A DNA stretch of 64,000 nucleotides from Candidatus Brennerbacteria bacterium RIFOXYC1_FULL_41_11 (GCA_001817215.1 MHHX01000019.1:16302-80301), one strand, 5' to 3'; counted from the stretch's first letter, positions 9,348 to 21,261 are shown. Notes: generated by a model from the sequence alone, not told the origin. Numbers and translations: made by a program.

Positions 9348-9968
9348 ATGGAAACAGTATTTTATTTTTTAGTTTTTATCTTTTCTGCCGTTATTCATGA
9401 AGTGTCTCACGGTTTTGTCGCTAAGGCTCTTGGCGATGATACGGCGGAGAAGGAAGGCAGGTTGACTTTGAATCCAATTAAGCACCTTGATCCAATCGGT
9501 TCGATTCTTCTGCCTTTTGTTTTTTACCTAACGTCAAAACTCGCCAGTGGTCAGGGTATGATTTTCGGTTGGGCAAAACCAGTGCCTTTTAATCCTTATA
9601 ATCTGAAAAATCCCAAACAAGGAAGTCTTTTGATCGCTCTGGCCGGTCCGTTGTCTAATTTTTTTGTAGCGTTTTGTTTGAGTTTGGTTTTGCGACTAGG
9701 CATGGTCAATGGAGTTCTGGCGGAATTATTTGGCATTATTGTTTTAATCAATCTGGCACTTGCTGTTTTTAACTTGATGCCGATTCCACCGCTTGACGGT
9801 TCAAAAGTCTTGTTTGGATTGTTGCCTGATAGCTTGGCGCATGTTGAGGATTTTTTAGAAAGAAATAGTATGATTTTTTTCCTGATGTTTTTTTTGTGGG
9901 GCGGTGATTTAGTTTATTCAATTGTTTTCGGGCTTTTTTCGATTTTCACCGGCGTTGGCGGTTACTGA
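9348..9968 (+). CDS. Site-2 protease family (M50) membrane metallopeptidase
   Basis: HEVSH, AGPLSN and NLMPIPPLDG motifs. Confidence 0.92.
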   Translation: METVFYFLVFIFSAVIHEVSHGFVAKALGDDTAEKEGRLTLNPIKHLDPIGSILLPFVFYLTSKLASGQGMIFGWAKPVPFNPYNLKNPKQGSLLIALAGPLSNFFVAFCLSLVLRLGMVNGVLAELFGIIVLINLALAVFNLMPIPPLDGSKVLFGLLPDSLAHVEDFLERNSMIFFLMFFLWGGDLVYSIVFGLFSIFTGVGGY

Positions 9969-10188
9969 GTTGATTTTTAACCACATTTTTGATAAAGTCT
10001 TTATGCTTAGATGTTTTGACATTTGAGCTCTAACATTTGAGCTTTTTTATTTTAGCTTATCCCGTACTGAATCTTGGCCTTTTGGTTGTTGTCGAGAAGA
10101 TGGGTCGAGTAGAATAAATCGGCTTTAATAATTATTTTTTTGCTTCGCTTAATTTAAGTTTCGCGATTCTTAAAATTTTAGTAACAGG

Positions 10189-10620
10189 ATGCCGACAATC
10201 AATCAATTGATAAGAAAGGGTCGAAAGGTCTTGAAAAAGAAAACCAAGGCTGTTGCCCTGAGGCGTTATTTTAATCCCATAAAAAATAAAGCCAAAATTT
10301 CACCATCTCCTTTCAAGCGTGGTGTTTGTATTAAGGTTTTTACAACGACGCCGAAAAAGCCTAACTCTGCTTTGCGAAAGGTTGCTAGGGTTAGATTGAC
10401 TAATGGCATGGAAGTTACGGCTTACATTCCCGGTGAGGGACATAATCTTCAGGAGCATTCTGCGGTGGTTATTCGTGGCGGCAGAGTAAAGGATCTTCCG
10501 GGCGTGAGGTATCATATTGTTCGCGGCGTTCTTGATACGCAAGGGGTGAATAAAAGGAAGCAACAGCGGTCAAAATACGGCGCGAAAAAGCAAAAACCGA
10601 ATGATCAAAAGGATCTTTAA
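10189..10620 (+). CDS. rpsL: 30S ribosomal protein S12
   Basis: [22 protein letters not shown]. Confidence 0.99.
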   Translation: MPTINQLIRKGRKVLKKKTKAVALRRYFNPIKNKAKISPSPFKRGVCIKVFTTTPKKPNSALRKVARVRLTNGMEVTAYIPGEGHNLQEHSAVVIRGGRVKDLPGVRYHIVRGVLDTQGVNKRKQQRSKYGAKKQKPNDQKDL

Positions 10621-10638
10621 AAAAGAAACAAAAAATCA

Positions 10639-11106
10639 ATGAGACGGAAAGTTAATTACAAAAGAGAATACAAACCTGACCCAAAGTTCGAAAATCAATT
10701 GGTTGGCAGATTTATCAATCAAGTCATGAAAGACGGTAAGAAATCAACTGCCCAAAGGATTGTTTTTCGCGCTTTTGAAGAGATTGAAAAAACAAAAAAG
10801 CAAAATCCAGTGACGGTTTTTGAGTCGGCGATAAGAAATTGTTCGCCTTTAGTGGAAACCCGTTCAAAAAGGGTTGGTGGTGCGAATTATCAAGTGCCGA
10901 TGGAAGTCAGGGGTGAAAGGAAAATTGCCTTGGCCATCCGTTGGATTCTATCTGCTTCAAGAGGGAAAAAGGGGAAGCCGATGCACGAAAAGCTGGCTGA
11001 AGAGTTGATGATGGCTTCACAAAATGAAGGAGGCGCCGTTAAAAAGAAGACCGATGTTCAGAAAATGGCAGAGGCAAACAGGGCCTTTGCGCACTTTGCC
11101 AGATAA
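10639..11106 (+). CDS. rpsG: 30S ribosomal protein S7
   Basis: [21 protein letters not shown]. Confidence 0.99.
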   Translation: MRRKVNYKREYKPDPKFENQLVGRFINQVMKDGKKSTAQRIVFRAFEEIEKTKKQNPVTVFESAIRNCSPLVETRSKRVGGANYQVPMEVRGERKIALAIRWILSASRGKKGKPMHEKLAEELMMASQNEGGAVKKKTDVQKMAEANRAFAHFAR

Positions 11107-11111
11107 AATTT

Positions 11112-13232
11112 ATGGCTCGAGAATATTCCCTTGAAAAGACTAGAGACTTTGGCATTATTGCTCACATTGACGCCGGGAAAACTACTGTTTCCGAAAGAGT
11201 GCTTTTTTATACCGGTATTACTCACAAGATCGGTGAAGTTCACGAGGGCGCAGCCGTAATGGACTGGATGGTCCAAGAGCGCGAACGCGGCATTACGATC
11301 ACTTCTGCGGCAACAACTTGTTTTTGGACCCAAACTTATAAACCAAATTTTGGTCAGGGCAAAGGAGATTATCGGTTTAATCTGATCGACACTCCTGGCC
11401 ACATAGATTTCACCGTTGAGGTGAAGCGTTCTTTGCGTGTTCTTGACGGCGCGGTTGTTGTTTTTGACGGTGTTTCCGGAGTTGAGCCTCAATCGGAAAC
11501 CAACTGGCGTTATGCAGACGAATATAAAGTACCGCGTCTTTGTTTTATTAATAAACTTGATCGTCTCGGTGCGAGTTTTGAAAATTCTTTGGCTTCAATT
11601 CACGAAAGGCTGACTGTTAATGCTGTTCCAATTCAGCTGAATATCGGTTTGGAAAGTCAGTTCGTTGGTGTTATTGATTTGATAAGAATGAAAGCTGCTT
11701 ATTTCGACGGGGATCGGGGCGAGACTGTCAGGCTTGAGGAAATACCACAAGATCTTTTGAACCGAGCCAAGGAGGCGAGAGCGGCAATGATTGAGAAGGC
11801 TGCAGAGCAAGACGATGTCTTAATGGAAAAATATCTTGCTGGTCAAGAGCTGACCGAAGACGAGATTCGTTCTGGAATCCGCAAGGGTACTTTGGCTTAT
11901 AACTTTGTACCGGTTCTCTGCGGATCAGCTTTGCATAATAAAGGCGTTCAACTTATGCTTGATGCGGTGGTGGATTTTTTGCCATCACCAGAAGACATTT
12001 CTGAGACGAAACCAATCAAGGGCATTAATCCGAAAAATGGCGAAGAGTTGATCAGACAGCCAAGCGATTCCGAATCTTTCGCGGCCTTGGCGTTTAAAGT
12101 GGCGGCTGATCCCTTTGTCGGCAGTTTAGTTTATTTTCGTGTTTATGCTGGTTCGTTAAAGCGTGGCAGCTATGTGTTTAATGTAACCAAGGAAGAACAG
12201 GAGCGGGTTGGCAGAATCTTGAGGATGCACGCTAATCAAAGAGAAGAGGTTGAGGAGGTCTATACCGGGGACATTGCCGCGTTGGTTGGTATGAAAAATA
12301 CCTCTACCGGAGATACGCTTTGTGAACAAGCAAATCAGATCTTGCTTGAAAGAATTATCGTGCCAGAACCAGTGATTTCAATGAAGATTGAACCGAAGAC
12401 GAAGATTGATCAAGAGAAAATGGGACTGGTTTTGAAAAAACTTCAAGAAGAAGATCCGACTTTCAGAGTTAAGACTGATCAGGAAACTCTGGAGACAATT
12501 ATCTCCGGTATGGGAGAGTTGCATCTGGATGTTTTAGTAGATCGGATGAAAAGAGAGTTCGGTGTTGAGGTTAATGTCGGTCGACCGCAAGTAGCTTATC
12601 GTGAAACTATTAGGCGCGAAGCCAAAGAAGAAGGAAAATACATCAGGCAGTCTGGAGGTCGCGGTCAGTATGGTCATGTTTGGCTTGAGATCAAGCCGAG
12701 AGAACGTGGTCTGGGCTTTAAGTTCAATAATTTGATTAAAGGAGGCGTGATTCCTTCAGAGTATATCCCGGCAGTCGAGAAGGGTGTTAAGGAAGCTATG
12801 GACCGTGGTATTATCGCCGGTTTTCCGTTATCTGATATTGAGGTTAGTCTTTATGACGGTTCTTATCATGATGTCGATTCTTCAGAATCTGCTTTCAAGA
12901 TTGCGGGGTCCATGGCTTTTCAAGGGGCGGTCAAAAAAGCTGACCCGGTTCTTTTGGAACCGATCATGAAGGTTGAGGTAATTGTTCCGGAAAAATTCCT
13001 TGGAGATATCACCGGAGATCTTTCCTCCAAGAGAGCAAGAATTGAAAGAATGGGCGATCGGGCCGGGGCGAAGATCATTGATTCCATGGTGCCGCTGGCC
13101 GAGATGTTCGGTTACGCGACAAAATTAAGGTCAATGACTGAGGGTCGCGGGACATTTACGATGGAGTTTGACCATTACGAAGAAGTTCCAAGGAATATTG
13201 CCGAGCAGGTAGCTTCAGGCGCAAAGAAGTAG
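11112..13232 (+). CDS. fusA: Elongation factor G
   Basis: [26 protein letters not shown]. Confidence 0.99.
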   Translation: MAREYSLEKTRDFGIIAHIDAGKTTVSERVLFYTGITHKIGEVHEGAAVMDWMVQERERGITITSAATTCFWTQTYKPNFGQGKGDYRFNLIDTPGHIDFTVEVKRSLRVLDGAVVVFDGVSGVEPQSETNWRYADEYKVPRLCFINKLDRLGASFENSLASIHERLTVNAVPIQLNIGLESQFVGVIDLIRMKAAYFDGDRGETVRLEEIPQDLLNRAKEARAAMIEKAAEQDDVLMEKYLAGQELTEDEIRSGIRKGTLAYNFVPVLCGSALHNKGVQLMLDAVVDFLPSPEDISETKPIKGINPKNGEELIRQPSDSESFAALAFKVAADPFVGSLVYFRVYAGSLKRGSYVFNVTKEEQERVGRILRMHANQREEVEEVYTGDIAALVGMKNTSTGDTLCEQANQILLERIIVPEPVISMKIEPKTKIDQEKMGLVLKKLQEEDPTFRVKTDQETLETIISGMGELHLDVLVDRMKREFGVEVNVGRPQVAYRETIRREAKEEGKYIRQSGGRGQYGHVWLEIKPRERGLGFKFNNLIKGGVIPSEYIPAVEKGVKEAMDRGIIAGFPLSDIEVSLYDGSYHDVDSSESAFKIAGSMAFQGAVKKADPVLLEPIMKVEVIVPEKFLGDITGDLSSKRARIERMGDRAGAKIIDSMVPLAEMFGYATKLRSMTEGRGTFTMEFDHYEEVPRNIAEQVASGAKK

Positions 13233-13268
13233 GTTTTTTTATGGGCTACGGTGAGTTCGTCGAATCCG

Positions 13269-13297
13269 TTGACTTTTAGCCTGACCTGAGCTAAAAT
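13269..13297 (+). promoter_or_regulatory. Putative sigma70 promoter for tuf
   Basis: TTGACT-17 nt-TAAAAT. Confidence 0.55.
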
Positions 13298-13343
13298 CTT
13301 AAACACGTTATCAGTAAATTAAAGTTTTAAAAAATAATATCAT

Positions 13344-14537
13344 ATGGCTACAGGAACATTTGAAAGAACAAAGCCGCATGTTAATGTCGGTACAATTGGT
13401 CACGTTGACCACGGTAAAACGACTTTAACCTCTGCTATCACCAAGGTTTTGTCGATGAAAGGTCTTGCCAAGGGTCTTGATTACGCAGAGATCGACAAGG
13501 CTCCTGAAGAAAAAGCTCGTGGCGTGACGATTAATCTTCATCACACTGAATACGAATCAGAGAAAAGGCACTACGCTCATATTGACGCTCCTGGTCATGC
13601 TGATTACATCAAGAACATGATCACTGGCGCCGCCCAGATGGACGGTGCGATCTTGGTTGTTTCGGCTCCAGATGGTCCGATGCCTCAAACCAGAGAACAC
13701 ATTCTTTTGGCGAGACAGGTGGCAGTACCGAAAATTGTTGTTTTTATGAATAAAGTGGACATGGTTGATGACCCTGAACTTTTGGATCTTGTTGAGGCCG
13801 ACATTCGCGAACTTTTGAAAAAATATGAGTTTCCTGGTGACGAGACTCCGATTATTCGTGGCTCAGCTTTGAAAGCCATGGAGGCCAAGACGCTTGATGA
13901 TCCGGCTGTTAAACCAATTCTCGATCTTGTAGCTAAGATTGACGAGTACATTCCAGAACCGACACGTGATATTGATAAACCATTCTTAATGCCTATTGAG
14001 GATATTTTCTCAATTGAAGGTCGCGGTACGGTGGTAACGGGCAGAATCACTCGTGGCATTGTTAAGATTAACGAGGAAGTTGAAATTGTCGGTATCAAAC
14101 CGACAGTAAAAACCGTGGTGACTGGTATCGAGATGTTTAATAAGTCTTTGAACGAAGGAAGGGCTGGTGATAATGCCGGAATTTTGCTTCGTGGCACAAA
14201 AAAGGAAGATGTTCAAAGGGGCCAGGTCTTGGCCAAGTCAGGTTCGATTACTCCACACACTGATTTTGAGTGCGAAGTCGTTGTTTTGAAAAAAGAAGAG
14301 GGTGGCCGACACACTGCGTTCATGAATGGTTACAAACCGCAGTTTTACATTGGCACAACTGATGTGACGGGTGATATCACCTTGCCAGAGGGACGGGAAC
14401 TGGTAATGCCCGGAGACGCCGCTTCTTTCTCGGTTAAACTGATTCACCCCGTGGCACTTGAAGAAAGACAGAGATTCGCTTTCAGGGAGGGCGGCAAGAC
14501 CGTTGGTGCTGGCGTAGTGACAAAGATTGTCAAGTAA
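13344..14537 (+). CDS. tuf: Elongation factor Tu
   Basis: [24 protein letters not shown]. Confidence 0.99.
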   Translation: MATGTFERTKPHVNVGTIGHVDHGKTTLTSAITKVLSMKGLAKGLDYAEIDKAPEEKARGVTINLHHTEYESEKRHYAHIDAPGHADYIKNMITGAAQMDGAILVVSAPDGPMPQTREHILLARQVAVPKIVVFMNKVDMVDDPELLDLVEADIRELLKKYEFPGDETPIIRGSALKAMEAKTLDDPAVKPILDLVAKIDEYIPEPTRDIDKPFLMPIEDIFSIEGRGTVVTGRITRGIVKINEEVEIVGIKPTVKTVVTGIEMFNKSLNEGRAGDNAGILLRGTKKEDVQRGQVLAKSGSITPHTDFECEVVVLKKEEGGRHTAFMNGYKPQFYIGTTDVTGDITLPEGRELVMPGDAASFSVKLIHPVALEERQRFAFREGGKTVGAGVVTKIVK

Positions 14538-14582
14538 GGGTTATTAATTGCCACAAATCAGTAATAGCGAAAAGAGAAATAA

Positions 14583-14912
14583 ATGGCTGTTGCCTCAGAA
14601 CCTAAACAAAAGATGAGAATCAAGATTAAGTCTTATGATCATAAGGTTATCGACTCATCTTGCAAATTGATTATTGAAACGGCGCAAAGATACGGAGCCG
14701 AGATCGTTGGTCCGATTCCTCTGCCGACGGAGATCAAGAAATACACCGTGAATCGTTCGACTTTTATCCATAAAAGTTCTCGGGAACAGTTCGAAATGAG
14801 AATCCATAAGCGCTTGATCGATATTTTAAATCCGCAGGTGAAAACCATTGAAGCTTTGACGAATCTTGTTCTGCCTGCGGGTACAGAGATTGAGGTAAAG
14901 ATGAACGCTTAG
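14583..14912 (+). CDS. rpsJ: 30S ribosomal protein S10
   Basis: [23 protein letters not shown]. Confidence 0.98.
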   Translation: MAVASEPKQKMRIKIKSYDHKVIDSSCKLIIETAQRYGAEIVGPIPLPTEIKKYTVNRSTFIHKSSREQFEMRIHKRLIDILNPQVKTIEALTNLVLPAGTEIEVKMNA

Positions 14913-15115
14913 AATTGAGATTGTTGGTTTAGGGGTACGCCCCCACACCCGTCCTTGTAAAGCTGCCGTGAGAGAAAAAGTTTTCTGAAGAATTAAATCT
15001 CTTTTAGAGTTATTTATCAGAATAGGTGTGGGGGTGGTTTTAGAAAAGCGTCCCAACCAGACGCTTTTCTCAATGCTTATTGAGTAAAAAATTATAGAAA
15101 ATTAATTTTAACGCG

Positions 15116-15721
15116 ATGCGTTTATTAATCGGAAAAAAATTAGGCATGATGCAGGTTTTTGATGAGGCATCTGGTAAGGCTACGCCAGTGAGTCTGGTTT
15201 TGGCTGAACCAGTGACAGTTACGGGAATCAAAGACTCTGAGAAACATGGCTACTCAGCCGTTCAAGTTGGATATGGCAGAAAAAAGTTTGTCAAGAGGCC
15301 ACAGGTGAAGATCGGATCTTTCGCATTATTGAAAGAGTTTCGCGTTGATAATGGTAAGGAAAATAATTTTCATCTTGGCGATCAGATTGGACTTGATATT
15401 TTTTCAAAAGGAGAGAAGCTTGATGTTTTTGGTATTTCTAAGGGACGTGGTTTTGCCGGTGTAGTAAAGAGGCATGGTTTTGCCGGTGGACCGAAATCTC
15501 ACGGGCAGAAGCACAGAGTGAGAGCTCCGGGATCAATCGGTTCGACAACTCCACAGCGAGTTGTTAAGGGTAAAAAAATGGCTGGTCACATGGGATCAAA
15601 AAGAGTGAGTGTGAAGAACCTAGAGGTGGTTAACATTGATTCGGAAAAGAAAATAATCTTTTTGAAGGGTGCAATTCCTGGTTACGCCGGATCGTTACTA
15701 GAGTTGCGATCAAGGTTATAG
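15116..15721 (+). CDS. rplC: 50S ribosomal protein L3
   Basis: GKKLGM, SKGRGFAGVVKRH, RAPGSIG. Confidence 0.98.
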   Translation: MRLLIGKKLGMMQVFDEASGKATPVSLVLAEPVTVTGIKDSEKHGYSAVQVGYGRKKFVKRPQVKIGSFALLKEFRVDNGKENNFHLGDQIGLDIFSKGEKLDVFGISKGRGFAGVVKRHGFAGGPKSHGQKHRVRAPGSIGSTTPQRVVKGKKMAGHMGSKRVSVKNLEVVNIDSEKKIIFLKGAIPGYAGSLLELRSRL

Positions 15722-15724
15722 AAT

Positions 15725-16399
15725 ATGAAACGCGAAACAGAAAAAATTATTGTCCCGGTTGTTGATTTTAAGGGAGAAAAGGTGAAAGAACTGGAATTAC
15801 CCGACAATATTTTTGGTTTAAAAATGAATCACGATTTGGTTTTTCAGGTAGTTAGAATTCTTCAGCTGAAAAACAAAAAACCGATTGCTCATGCTAAGGG
15901 TCGCGGAGAAGTTTCTGGAGGCGGCATAAAGCCTAGACCACAAAAAGGTACTGGCAGGTCTCGCCAAGGGTCAATTCGTTCTCCTTTGTGGAAGGGCGGT
16001 GGCGTCACTCATGGTCCGTTAAATGAAAGGAACTATGATCTGAAATTGAATAAAAGAATGAAAGACCTAGCTTTTTTGCAAATTCTGTCTGATAAAGCCA
16101 AACAGTCTTTGATTGTTGTTGAAGGTAAAATCGCGCTTAAAGAATCGAAAACAAAATTCGCGGATGAGTTGATGAAGAAAATTTTCGCGAATAAAAAGAT
16201 TAAAAGAACCTTGATGGCGCAGGATTTTGATGATAAGTCCATGGCAAGATCTTTTTATAACTTACCTTATCTCAAATTAATTTCGGTGAAAAATCTGAAC
16301 ATTCTTGATTTGATGAATTTTCCTCAGCTTTTGCTTTCTGAGCAGTCTTTGAATGATTTGATTGATTTTTTGTCGCAGAAGACGGTAGCGAAAAAATAA
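15725..16399 (+). CDS. rplD: 50S ribosomal protein L4
   Basis: QKGTGRSRQGSIRSPLWKGGG. Confidence 0.98.
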   Translation: MKRETEKIIVPVVDFKGEKVKELELPDNIFGLKMNHDLVFQVVRILQLKNKKPIAHAKGRGEVSGGGIKPRPQKGTGRSRQGSIRSPLWKGGGVTHGPLNERNYDLKLNKRMKDLAFLQILSDKAKQSLIVVEGKIALKESKTKFADELMKKIFANKKIKRTLMAQDFDDKSMARSFYNLPYLKLISVKNLNILDLMNFPQLLLSEQSLNDLIDFLSQKTVAKK

Positions 16400-16405
16400 A
16401 CCACA

Positions 16406-16681
16406 ATGACAACGTTAATATTGAAAAAACCTCATTTGAGCGAAAAGGCAACCTTCTTGAAAGAGAAGAATAATGCCTATGTTTTCGTCGTTGATAAGAC
16501 AGCCAATAAAAAAACTGTTGCTCAAGAGATCAAGCGGCTTTATAAGGTAGAGGTTTCCGATGTTAGAATTGTAAATCTTCCCAAAAAACCAAAAAATCTT
16601 GGAAAAACACGGGGATTTTCAGCTGGTTTTAAAAAAGCGATCGTTTATATTAAAACTGGTCAGGCGATTAATATAGTTTAA
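16406..16681 (+). CDS. rplW: 50S ribosomal protein L23
   Basis: PHLSEKA, FKKAIV; synteny. Confidence 0.96.
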   Translation: MTTLILKKPHLSEKATFLKEKNNAYVFVVDKTANKKTVAQEIKRLYKVEVSDVRIVNLPKKPKNLGKTRGFSAGFKKAIVYIKTGQAINIV

Positions 16682-16682
16682 A

Positions 16683-17540
16683 ATGGCAATCAAGATATCA
16701 AAACCAACTTCAGCCGGCAGGCGCCATTCTCAGGTGGTAGATTATTCTTCTTTGTCGAAGACAAAACCCTACAAACCATTGTTGGCCGAAATAAGAAAAA
16801 CCGGCGGACGGAATAATACCGGGCGCATCACCATGCGACATCAAGGCGGCGGCGTGAAAAGGATGTATCGGGTGATGGAGTTTGGTCAGGGTTTTTTGGG
16901 TAAAATGGATTCAAGAAAAGCTAAGGTGGAGACAGTCGAGTATGATCCGAATCGAACTGCTTTTATTTCATTGGTTCTTCTTGATAACGGCAGGCGATTA
17001 TATATTTTGACGTCCGCAGGAGTAAAACCCGGAGATGTTATTGAGATTGCGGGGAAAGCGGAACTGAAATTGGGCAATCGGATGAGACTCAAAAATATTC
17101 CGGTTGGAACTCAGGTTCATAATATTGAGTTGAGACCAGATCAAAAAGGAAAACTTGTACGTTCGGCTGGTTCTTTTGCGACGGTAATGGCGCATGAAGG
17201 TAGATATGCGATTTTGAAGATGCCTTCGAGCGAGGTTAGACGCGTTGATGTTGAGTCGTTCGCTTCAATAGGTCAAGTTTCTAATTTTGAGAGACGTTTG
17301 GTTTCATGGGGCAAGGCTGGTAGGTCGCGCCTCAGGGGTATTCGCCCGACCGTTAGAGCCAAGGCAATGAATCCCAGAGATCACCCTTATGGTGGTGGTG
17401 AGGGTAAGACTACGCGTGGCACCAAAAGACCAAAAGATAAATGGGGGAATATTACTGGTGGTCGAAAAACCAGAAATAAGAAGAAATACTCAAAAAAACT
17501 CGTTTTACAAAGAAGAGTTAAGCCCAGAAAACAAAAATAA
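16683..17540 (+). CDS. rplB: 50S ribosomal protein L2
   Basis: [22 protein letters not shown]. Confidence 0.99.
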   Translation: MAIKISKPTSAGRRHSQVVDYSSLSKTKPYKPLLAEIRKTGGRNNTGRITMRHQGGGVKRMYRVMEFGQGFLGKMDSRKAKVETVEYDPNRTAFISLVLLDNGRRLYILTSAGVKPGDVIEIAGKAELKLGNRMRLKNIPVGTQVHNIELRPDQKGKLVRSAGSFATVMAHEGRYAILKMPSSEVRRVDVESFASIGQVSNFERRLVSWGKAGRSRLRGIRPTVRAKAMNPRDHPYGGGEGKTTRGTKRPKDKWGNITGGRKTRNKKKYSKKLVLQRRVKPRKQK

Positions 17541-17542
17541 AC

Positions 17543-17839
17543 ATGTCAAGAAGTCTTAAAAAAGGTCCTTACGTTGATCAAAGATTGCTCTCTAAAGTTC
17601 TGAAACTTGAAAAGAGCAACAAGACAGCGATAAAAACATGGGCCAGAGATTGCACAATTATTCCCGAGATGGTCGGTTTCGGTTTCAGTGTTCACAATGG
17701 CAAGCATTTTATCGACGTTTTTGCGACTGAAGACATGGTCGGACATCGTTTAGGGGAGTTTTCGCCGACGAGAAAATTTATTAAACATGGCGGGAAGAAG
17801 CAGAAAGAAATGGAAACTAAGAAAAAGACTCAAGCTTGA
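17543..17839 (+). CDS. rpsS: 30S ribosomal protein S19
   Basis: [23 protein letters not shown]. Confidence 0.99.
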   Translation: MSRSLKKGPYVDQRLLSKVLKLEKSNKTAIKTWARDCTIIPEMVGFGFSVHNGKHFIDVFATEDMVGHRLGEFSPTRKFIKHGGKKQKEMETKKKTQA

Positions 17840-17853
17840 TAATATAGAAAGAT

Positions 17854-18372
17854 ATGGACTCTGTTTTTGCAAAATTGAGAAATTTAAGAGTATCGCCTAA
17901 AAAGGTGAGACAAGTGACCAGGCTTTTAAAGGGCATGAGTTATTTTGAGGCTGAGTCGCAACTTCTGCACTTACCTCAGAAAAGCGTTCCCGGCGTTTTG
18001 AAGCTTTTGCGATCAGCCGGAGCTAACGCGGAGAACAATTTTAATCTTTCCAAACAAGACATTTTTGTTTCAAAAATTCTGGTTGATGCCGGACCGACGT
18101 TAAAGAGAATGATGGAGCGAGCTCGCGGCCGTGGAATGTTGATCAATAAGAGAACATCTCAGATAACTTTATTTTTATCTTCAAAATCAGGCAAGAAAAT
18201 TGACTTAGCGTCGTCTGCCAAGCATCACAGTTCGGTTAATCAAGGGAAAACGAAGATTTCAACTCAGGGCAGATCTGCCAAGGCTCACATTAGAAATAAG
18301 TCAGTAGCGGGAGAAAAAGGCCGAAAATCCTCAGGTGTCAAGCGGAAAATTTTTAGTCGTAAAGCAATTTAA
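17854..18372 (+). CDS. rplV: 50S ribosomal protein L22 with a basic C-terminal extension
   Basis: SPKKVR, SAGANAENN, RARGRG; about 60 extra C-terminal residues. Confidence 0.97.
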   Translation: MDSVFAKLRNLRVSPKKVRQVTRLLKGMSYFEAESQLLHLPQKSVPGVLKLLRSAGANAENNFNLSKQDIFVSKILVDAGPTLKRMMERARGRGMLINKRTSQITLFLSSKSGKKIDLASSAKHHSSVNQGKTKISTQGRSAKAHIRNKSVAGEKGRKSSGVKRKIFSRKAI

Positions 18373-18404
18373 TCGATCGTCAATTATCAATATCATTTAA
18401 ACAC

Positions 18405-19058
18405 ATGACACATAAGACAAATCCGATCAGTCATCGTCTCGGCATTTTTGAAAATTGGCGCTCGCGTTATTTCAAACCGAAAGAGTTTGGTTTTCTTTTG
18501 GAGGAAGATCTGAAGATGAGAGAGGTTATCGATCATAAATTCAAGCGCTCTGGGATTGAGAAGATTGAAATTGAAAGATCTGGAAATCAGGTAAAAATCT
18601 TTATTTTTTCCGGAAGACCGGGATTGATTATCGGTCGTGGCGGCACCGGTATTAGTGATCTTCGGCAACTATTAGAAAAAGAGGTAAAAAAGTTAAGGGC
18701 GAAGAAGAAAAAATCCCAAGATTTTCTGATTCAGCTGAACGTTGAAGAAGTCAAAAAACCAGATATTTCGGCTCAACTTGTGGCTGAAAATGTTGCTTTG
18801 AATCTTGAAAAAAGAATGCCTTTCAGAAGAACAATCAAAATGGCAGTGCTAAAGGTAATGAGTTATAAAGAGGTTAGCGGCGTGAAGATTCAGGTTTCCG
18901 GAAGGCTTGATGGTGCTGATATCGCTAGAAGAGAATGGGTTTCTGATGGCAAGATTCCTTTAATTACGTTGAGATCAAAAATTGATTACGGCACGATCAG
19001 GGCCTCAATCCCCCAAGGAGATATAGGAATTAAGGTTTGGGTTTATAAAGGAGAATAA
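18405..19058 (+). CDS. rpsC: 30S ribosomal protein S3
   Basis: RPGLIIGRGG, SGRLDGADIAR. Confidence 0.99.
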   Translation: MTHKTNPISHRLGIFENWRSRYFKPKEFGFLLEEDLKMREVIDHKFKRSGIEKIEIERSGNQVKIFIFSGRPGLIIGRGGTGISDLRQLLEKEVKKLRAKKKKSQDFLIQLNVEEVKKPDISAQLVAENVALNLEKRMPFRRTIKMAVLKVMSYKEVSGVKIQVSGRLDGADIARREWVSDGKIPLITLRSKIDYGTIRASIPQGDIGIKVWVYKGE

Positions 19059-19061
19059 AAC

Positions 19062-19472
19062 ATGTTGGCGCCTAAGAAAATGAAACATAAAAAGTGGAAT
19101 CGTGGCCGTTCACGATCAAGGCTTGTGGAAACACGAGGCAAGGACCTTGCTTTTGGCGAATTTGGACTGCAAGCTCTCGAAGCGGTCTGGATGACCGCTA
19201 ATCAGATCGAATCTGCTCGAAAAGTTATCTCGAAATATGTGAAAAAAGGTGGTAAGATGTGGATTCGTATTTTTCCAGATAAACCCGTGACACAGAAGCC
19301 GCCGGAGGTAACCATGGGGTCCGGCAAGGGTGCTGTCGATCACTATGTTTTCCCGGTTAAGCCCGGAAGGGTTATTTTTGAGGTTTCCGGAGTATCAAAG
19401 GATCTGGCCGAGAAGGCTTTAAATCAAGCAGGTTATAAGCTACCATTTAAAACCAAGATTATTTCTGAGTAG
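19062..19472 (+). CDS. rplP: 50S ribosomal protein L16
   Basis: WIRIFPDKPVT, MGSGKG. Confidence 0.99.
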   Translation: MLAPKKMKHKKWNRGRSRSRLVETRGKDLAFGEFGLQALEAVWMTANQIESARKVISKYVKKGGKMWIRIFPDKPVTQKPPEVTMGSGKGAVDHYVFPVKPGRVIFEVSGVSKDLAEKALNQAGYKLPFKTKIISE

Positions 19473-19478
19473 AATTTC

Positions 19479-19685
19479 ATGAAAACCAAAACTTTAAAAG
19501 ATTTTAAGAGCAAGACAGAGTCAGAGTTGGTTTCTTTGTTGCCGGAACTAAAGAAGAAACTCCAGGAGTTCAGTTTTGGTCTGAAACTGGGCAAACTTCA
19601 GAATGTTAGCCAGATTTCTAAGACAAGAAGGGATATTGCCAGAATTAAAATGATTTTGAGTTCTGAATATGGAAAAAAGTCATAA
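19479..19685 (+). CDS. rpmC: 50S ribosomal protein L29
   Basis: RRDIARIK; synteny. Confidence 0.95.
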   Translation: MKTKTLKDFKSKTESELVSLLPELKKKLQEFSFGLKLGKLQNVSQISKTRRDIARIKMILSSEYGKKS

Positions 19686-19926
19686 AAAAAGAAGGTTATC
19701 TGGAGAAGTGCTTTCGACCAAGATGCAGAAAACAGCTGTGGTTGAGGTGAAGAGGATAAAGATCAACTCTCGTTATCAAAAGAGAATTACTTTGAGCTCC
19801 CGGTTTAAAGCCGAAAACCCGGATAATCTTTTTAAAGAAGGGGACTTTGTCACTATTGAAGAAACTAGACCTTTATCGAAAGATAAGAGGTGGTTGATTA
19901 TTGGCAAGACGAAAAAAATTACTTAG
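19669..19926 (+). CDS. rpsQ: 30S ribosomal protein S17
   Basis: [19 protein letters not shown]. Confidence 0.98.
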   Translation: MEKSHKKRRLSGEVLSTKMQKTAVVEVKRIKINSRYQKRITLSSRFKAENPDNLFKEGDFVTIEETRPLSKDKRWLIIGKTKKIT

Positions 19927-19943
19927 TTTTTTATTTTTTTGTT

Positions 19944-20312
19944 ATGATTCAGTTGAGATCAATGTTGAAAGTGGCTGATAATTCTGGCGCCAAGATCGTA
20001 CAGTGTTTTCGTGTTTATGGAGGATCGAATAAAAAGTACGGTCAGATTGGCGACGTTATTATGGTGGCCGTGAAAAAAGCAGAGCCAAGAAAAGCGGTAA
20101 AGAAACACGATAAAGTTAAAGCTGTCATTGTCAGGCAGAGAAAGCCGCTTCGCAGGAAAGATGGTTCATATATCAGATTTGACGATAATGCGGTGGTTAT
20201 CCTTGAAAAAGGCAAGGAGATGAAAGGGGGTCGCGTTTTCGGCCCGATTGCCAGGGAGTTGAAAGAGAAAGGTTATGACAAGATTGCTTCATTAGCGGAA
20301 GAAGTTATTTAG
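19944..20312 (+). CDS. rplN: 50S ribosomal protein L14
   Basis: MIQ...[17 protein letters not shown]; ATG at 19944. Confidence 0.99.
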   Translation: MIQLRSMLKVADNSGAKIVQCFRVYGGSNKKYGQIGDVIMVAVKKAEPRKAVKKHDKVKAVIVRQRKPLRRKDGSYIRFDDNAVVILEKGKEMKGGRVFGPIARELKEKGYDKIASLAEEVI

Positions 20313-20332
20313 CTTAGGTAATAATAAGATCA

Positions 20333-20653
20333 ATGGCACGGATGAAGTTAAAACTGAAGAAAGGTGATTTCGTGAAGGTTGTTTCCGGAAAGGATAAAGG
20401 GAAGCAGGCAAAGATTTTGAGAACGATTCCAGATTCCGGCAAGGTTGTTTTGGAGGGTCTTTTTTTGGTTAAAAAAATCAAGCGGCCCAAAAAGGCCGGA
20501 GAAAAAGCAGAAATCATGAATGTGTCAATGCCTGTTTTTGCTTCAAAGTTAATGCTGATTTGTAGTTCTTGCGGCAAGGCATCTAGATCGGGTTATTCTT
20601 TGACAGATAAAGAAAAAACTAGAGTTTGCCGCCGTTGTGGCAATAAAATTTAA
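20333..20653 (+). CDS. rplX: 50S ribosomal protein L24
   Basis: KKGDFVKVVSGKDKGK KOW motif; CxxC...CxxC tail. Confidence 0.97.
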   Translation: MARMKLKLKKGDFVKVVSGKDKGKQAKILRTIPDSGKVVLEGLFLVKKIKRPKKAGEKAEIMNVSMPVFASKLMLICSSCGKASRSGYSLTDKEKTRVCRRCGNKI

Positions 20654-20667
20654 TCTTTGAATATTTC

Positions 20668-21228
20668 ATGTCAACTTTGAAACAAAAATTCGAATCCAAG
20701 ATTATCTCGCAGGTGAAGAAGGAGCTTGGTCTGTCTAATGATTTTGAAGTTCCGGCCCTGAAAAAGGTGGTTATTAATTGTGGTATTGGGCGATTTGTGG
20801 CCGGAGACGATAAGAAAGATCAGAAACAGTCCGTTGTTGACGAAGTTTCAAAGATTCTTGCTTCAATTTCCGGTCAGAAACCGAGAGAGAATCGAGCGCA
20901 GAAATCAATTGCCGGGTTTAAACTAAGAGAAGGTGATTTAATTGGTTTATCAGTCACATTAAGGGGTGAAAGAATGTATTCTTTTTTGGAGAGATTCATT
21001 AATACGGTTTTGCCGAGGGTGAGAGATTTTCGTGGTATTCCTGACAAATCTGTTTCGCCCGACGGGATCTTGAATATTGGTTTGAAAGAACATATAGTTT
21101 TTCCAGAACTAACTGGCGAAGATTTCAGAAGAATTTACGGGATGCAAATAACCGTGGTTACTAAAGTGGTCGACCGCAATCAGGCGATGAGTTTATTCAA
21201 AGTCTTGAAAGTTCCGTTTCAAAAATAG
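20668..21228 (+). CDS. rplE: 50S ribosomal protein L5
   Basis: SIAGFKLREG, LPRVRDFRG. Confidence 0.99.
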   Translation: MSTLKQKFESKIISQVKKELGLSNDFEVPALKKVVINCGIGRFVAGDDKKDQKQSVVDEVSKILASISGQKPRENRAQKSIAGFKLREGDLIGLSVTLRGERMYSFLERFINTVLPRVRDFRGIPDKSVSPDGILNIGLKEHIVFPELTGEDFRRIYGMQITVVTKVVDRNQAMSLFKVLKVPFQK

Positions 21229-21261
21229 TTTTGATTTGTTAACCTGAAAAAAGTTTAAAAT

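Noticed and set aside
13685-14197. 170-aa antisense ORF in tuf, and similar antisense ORFs in fusA, recR, groEL and ftsE
   Set aside because: These are typical antisense shadows of conserved genes with no independent motifs.
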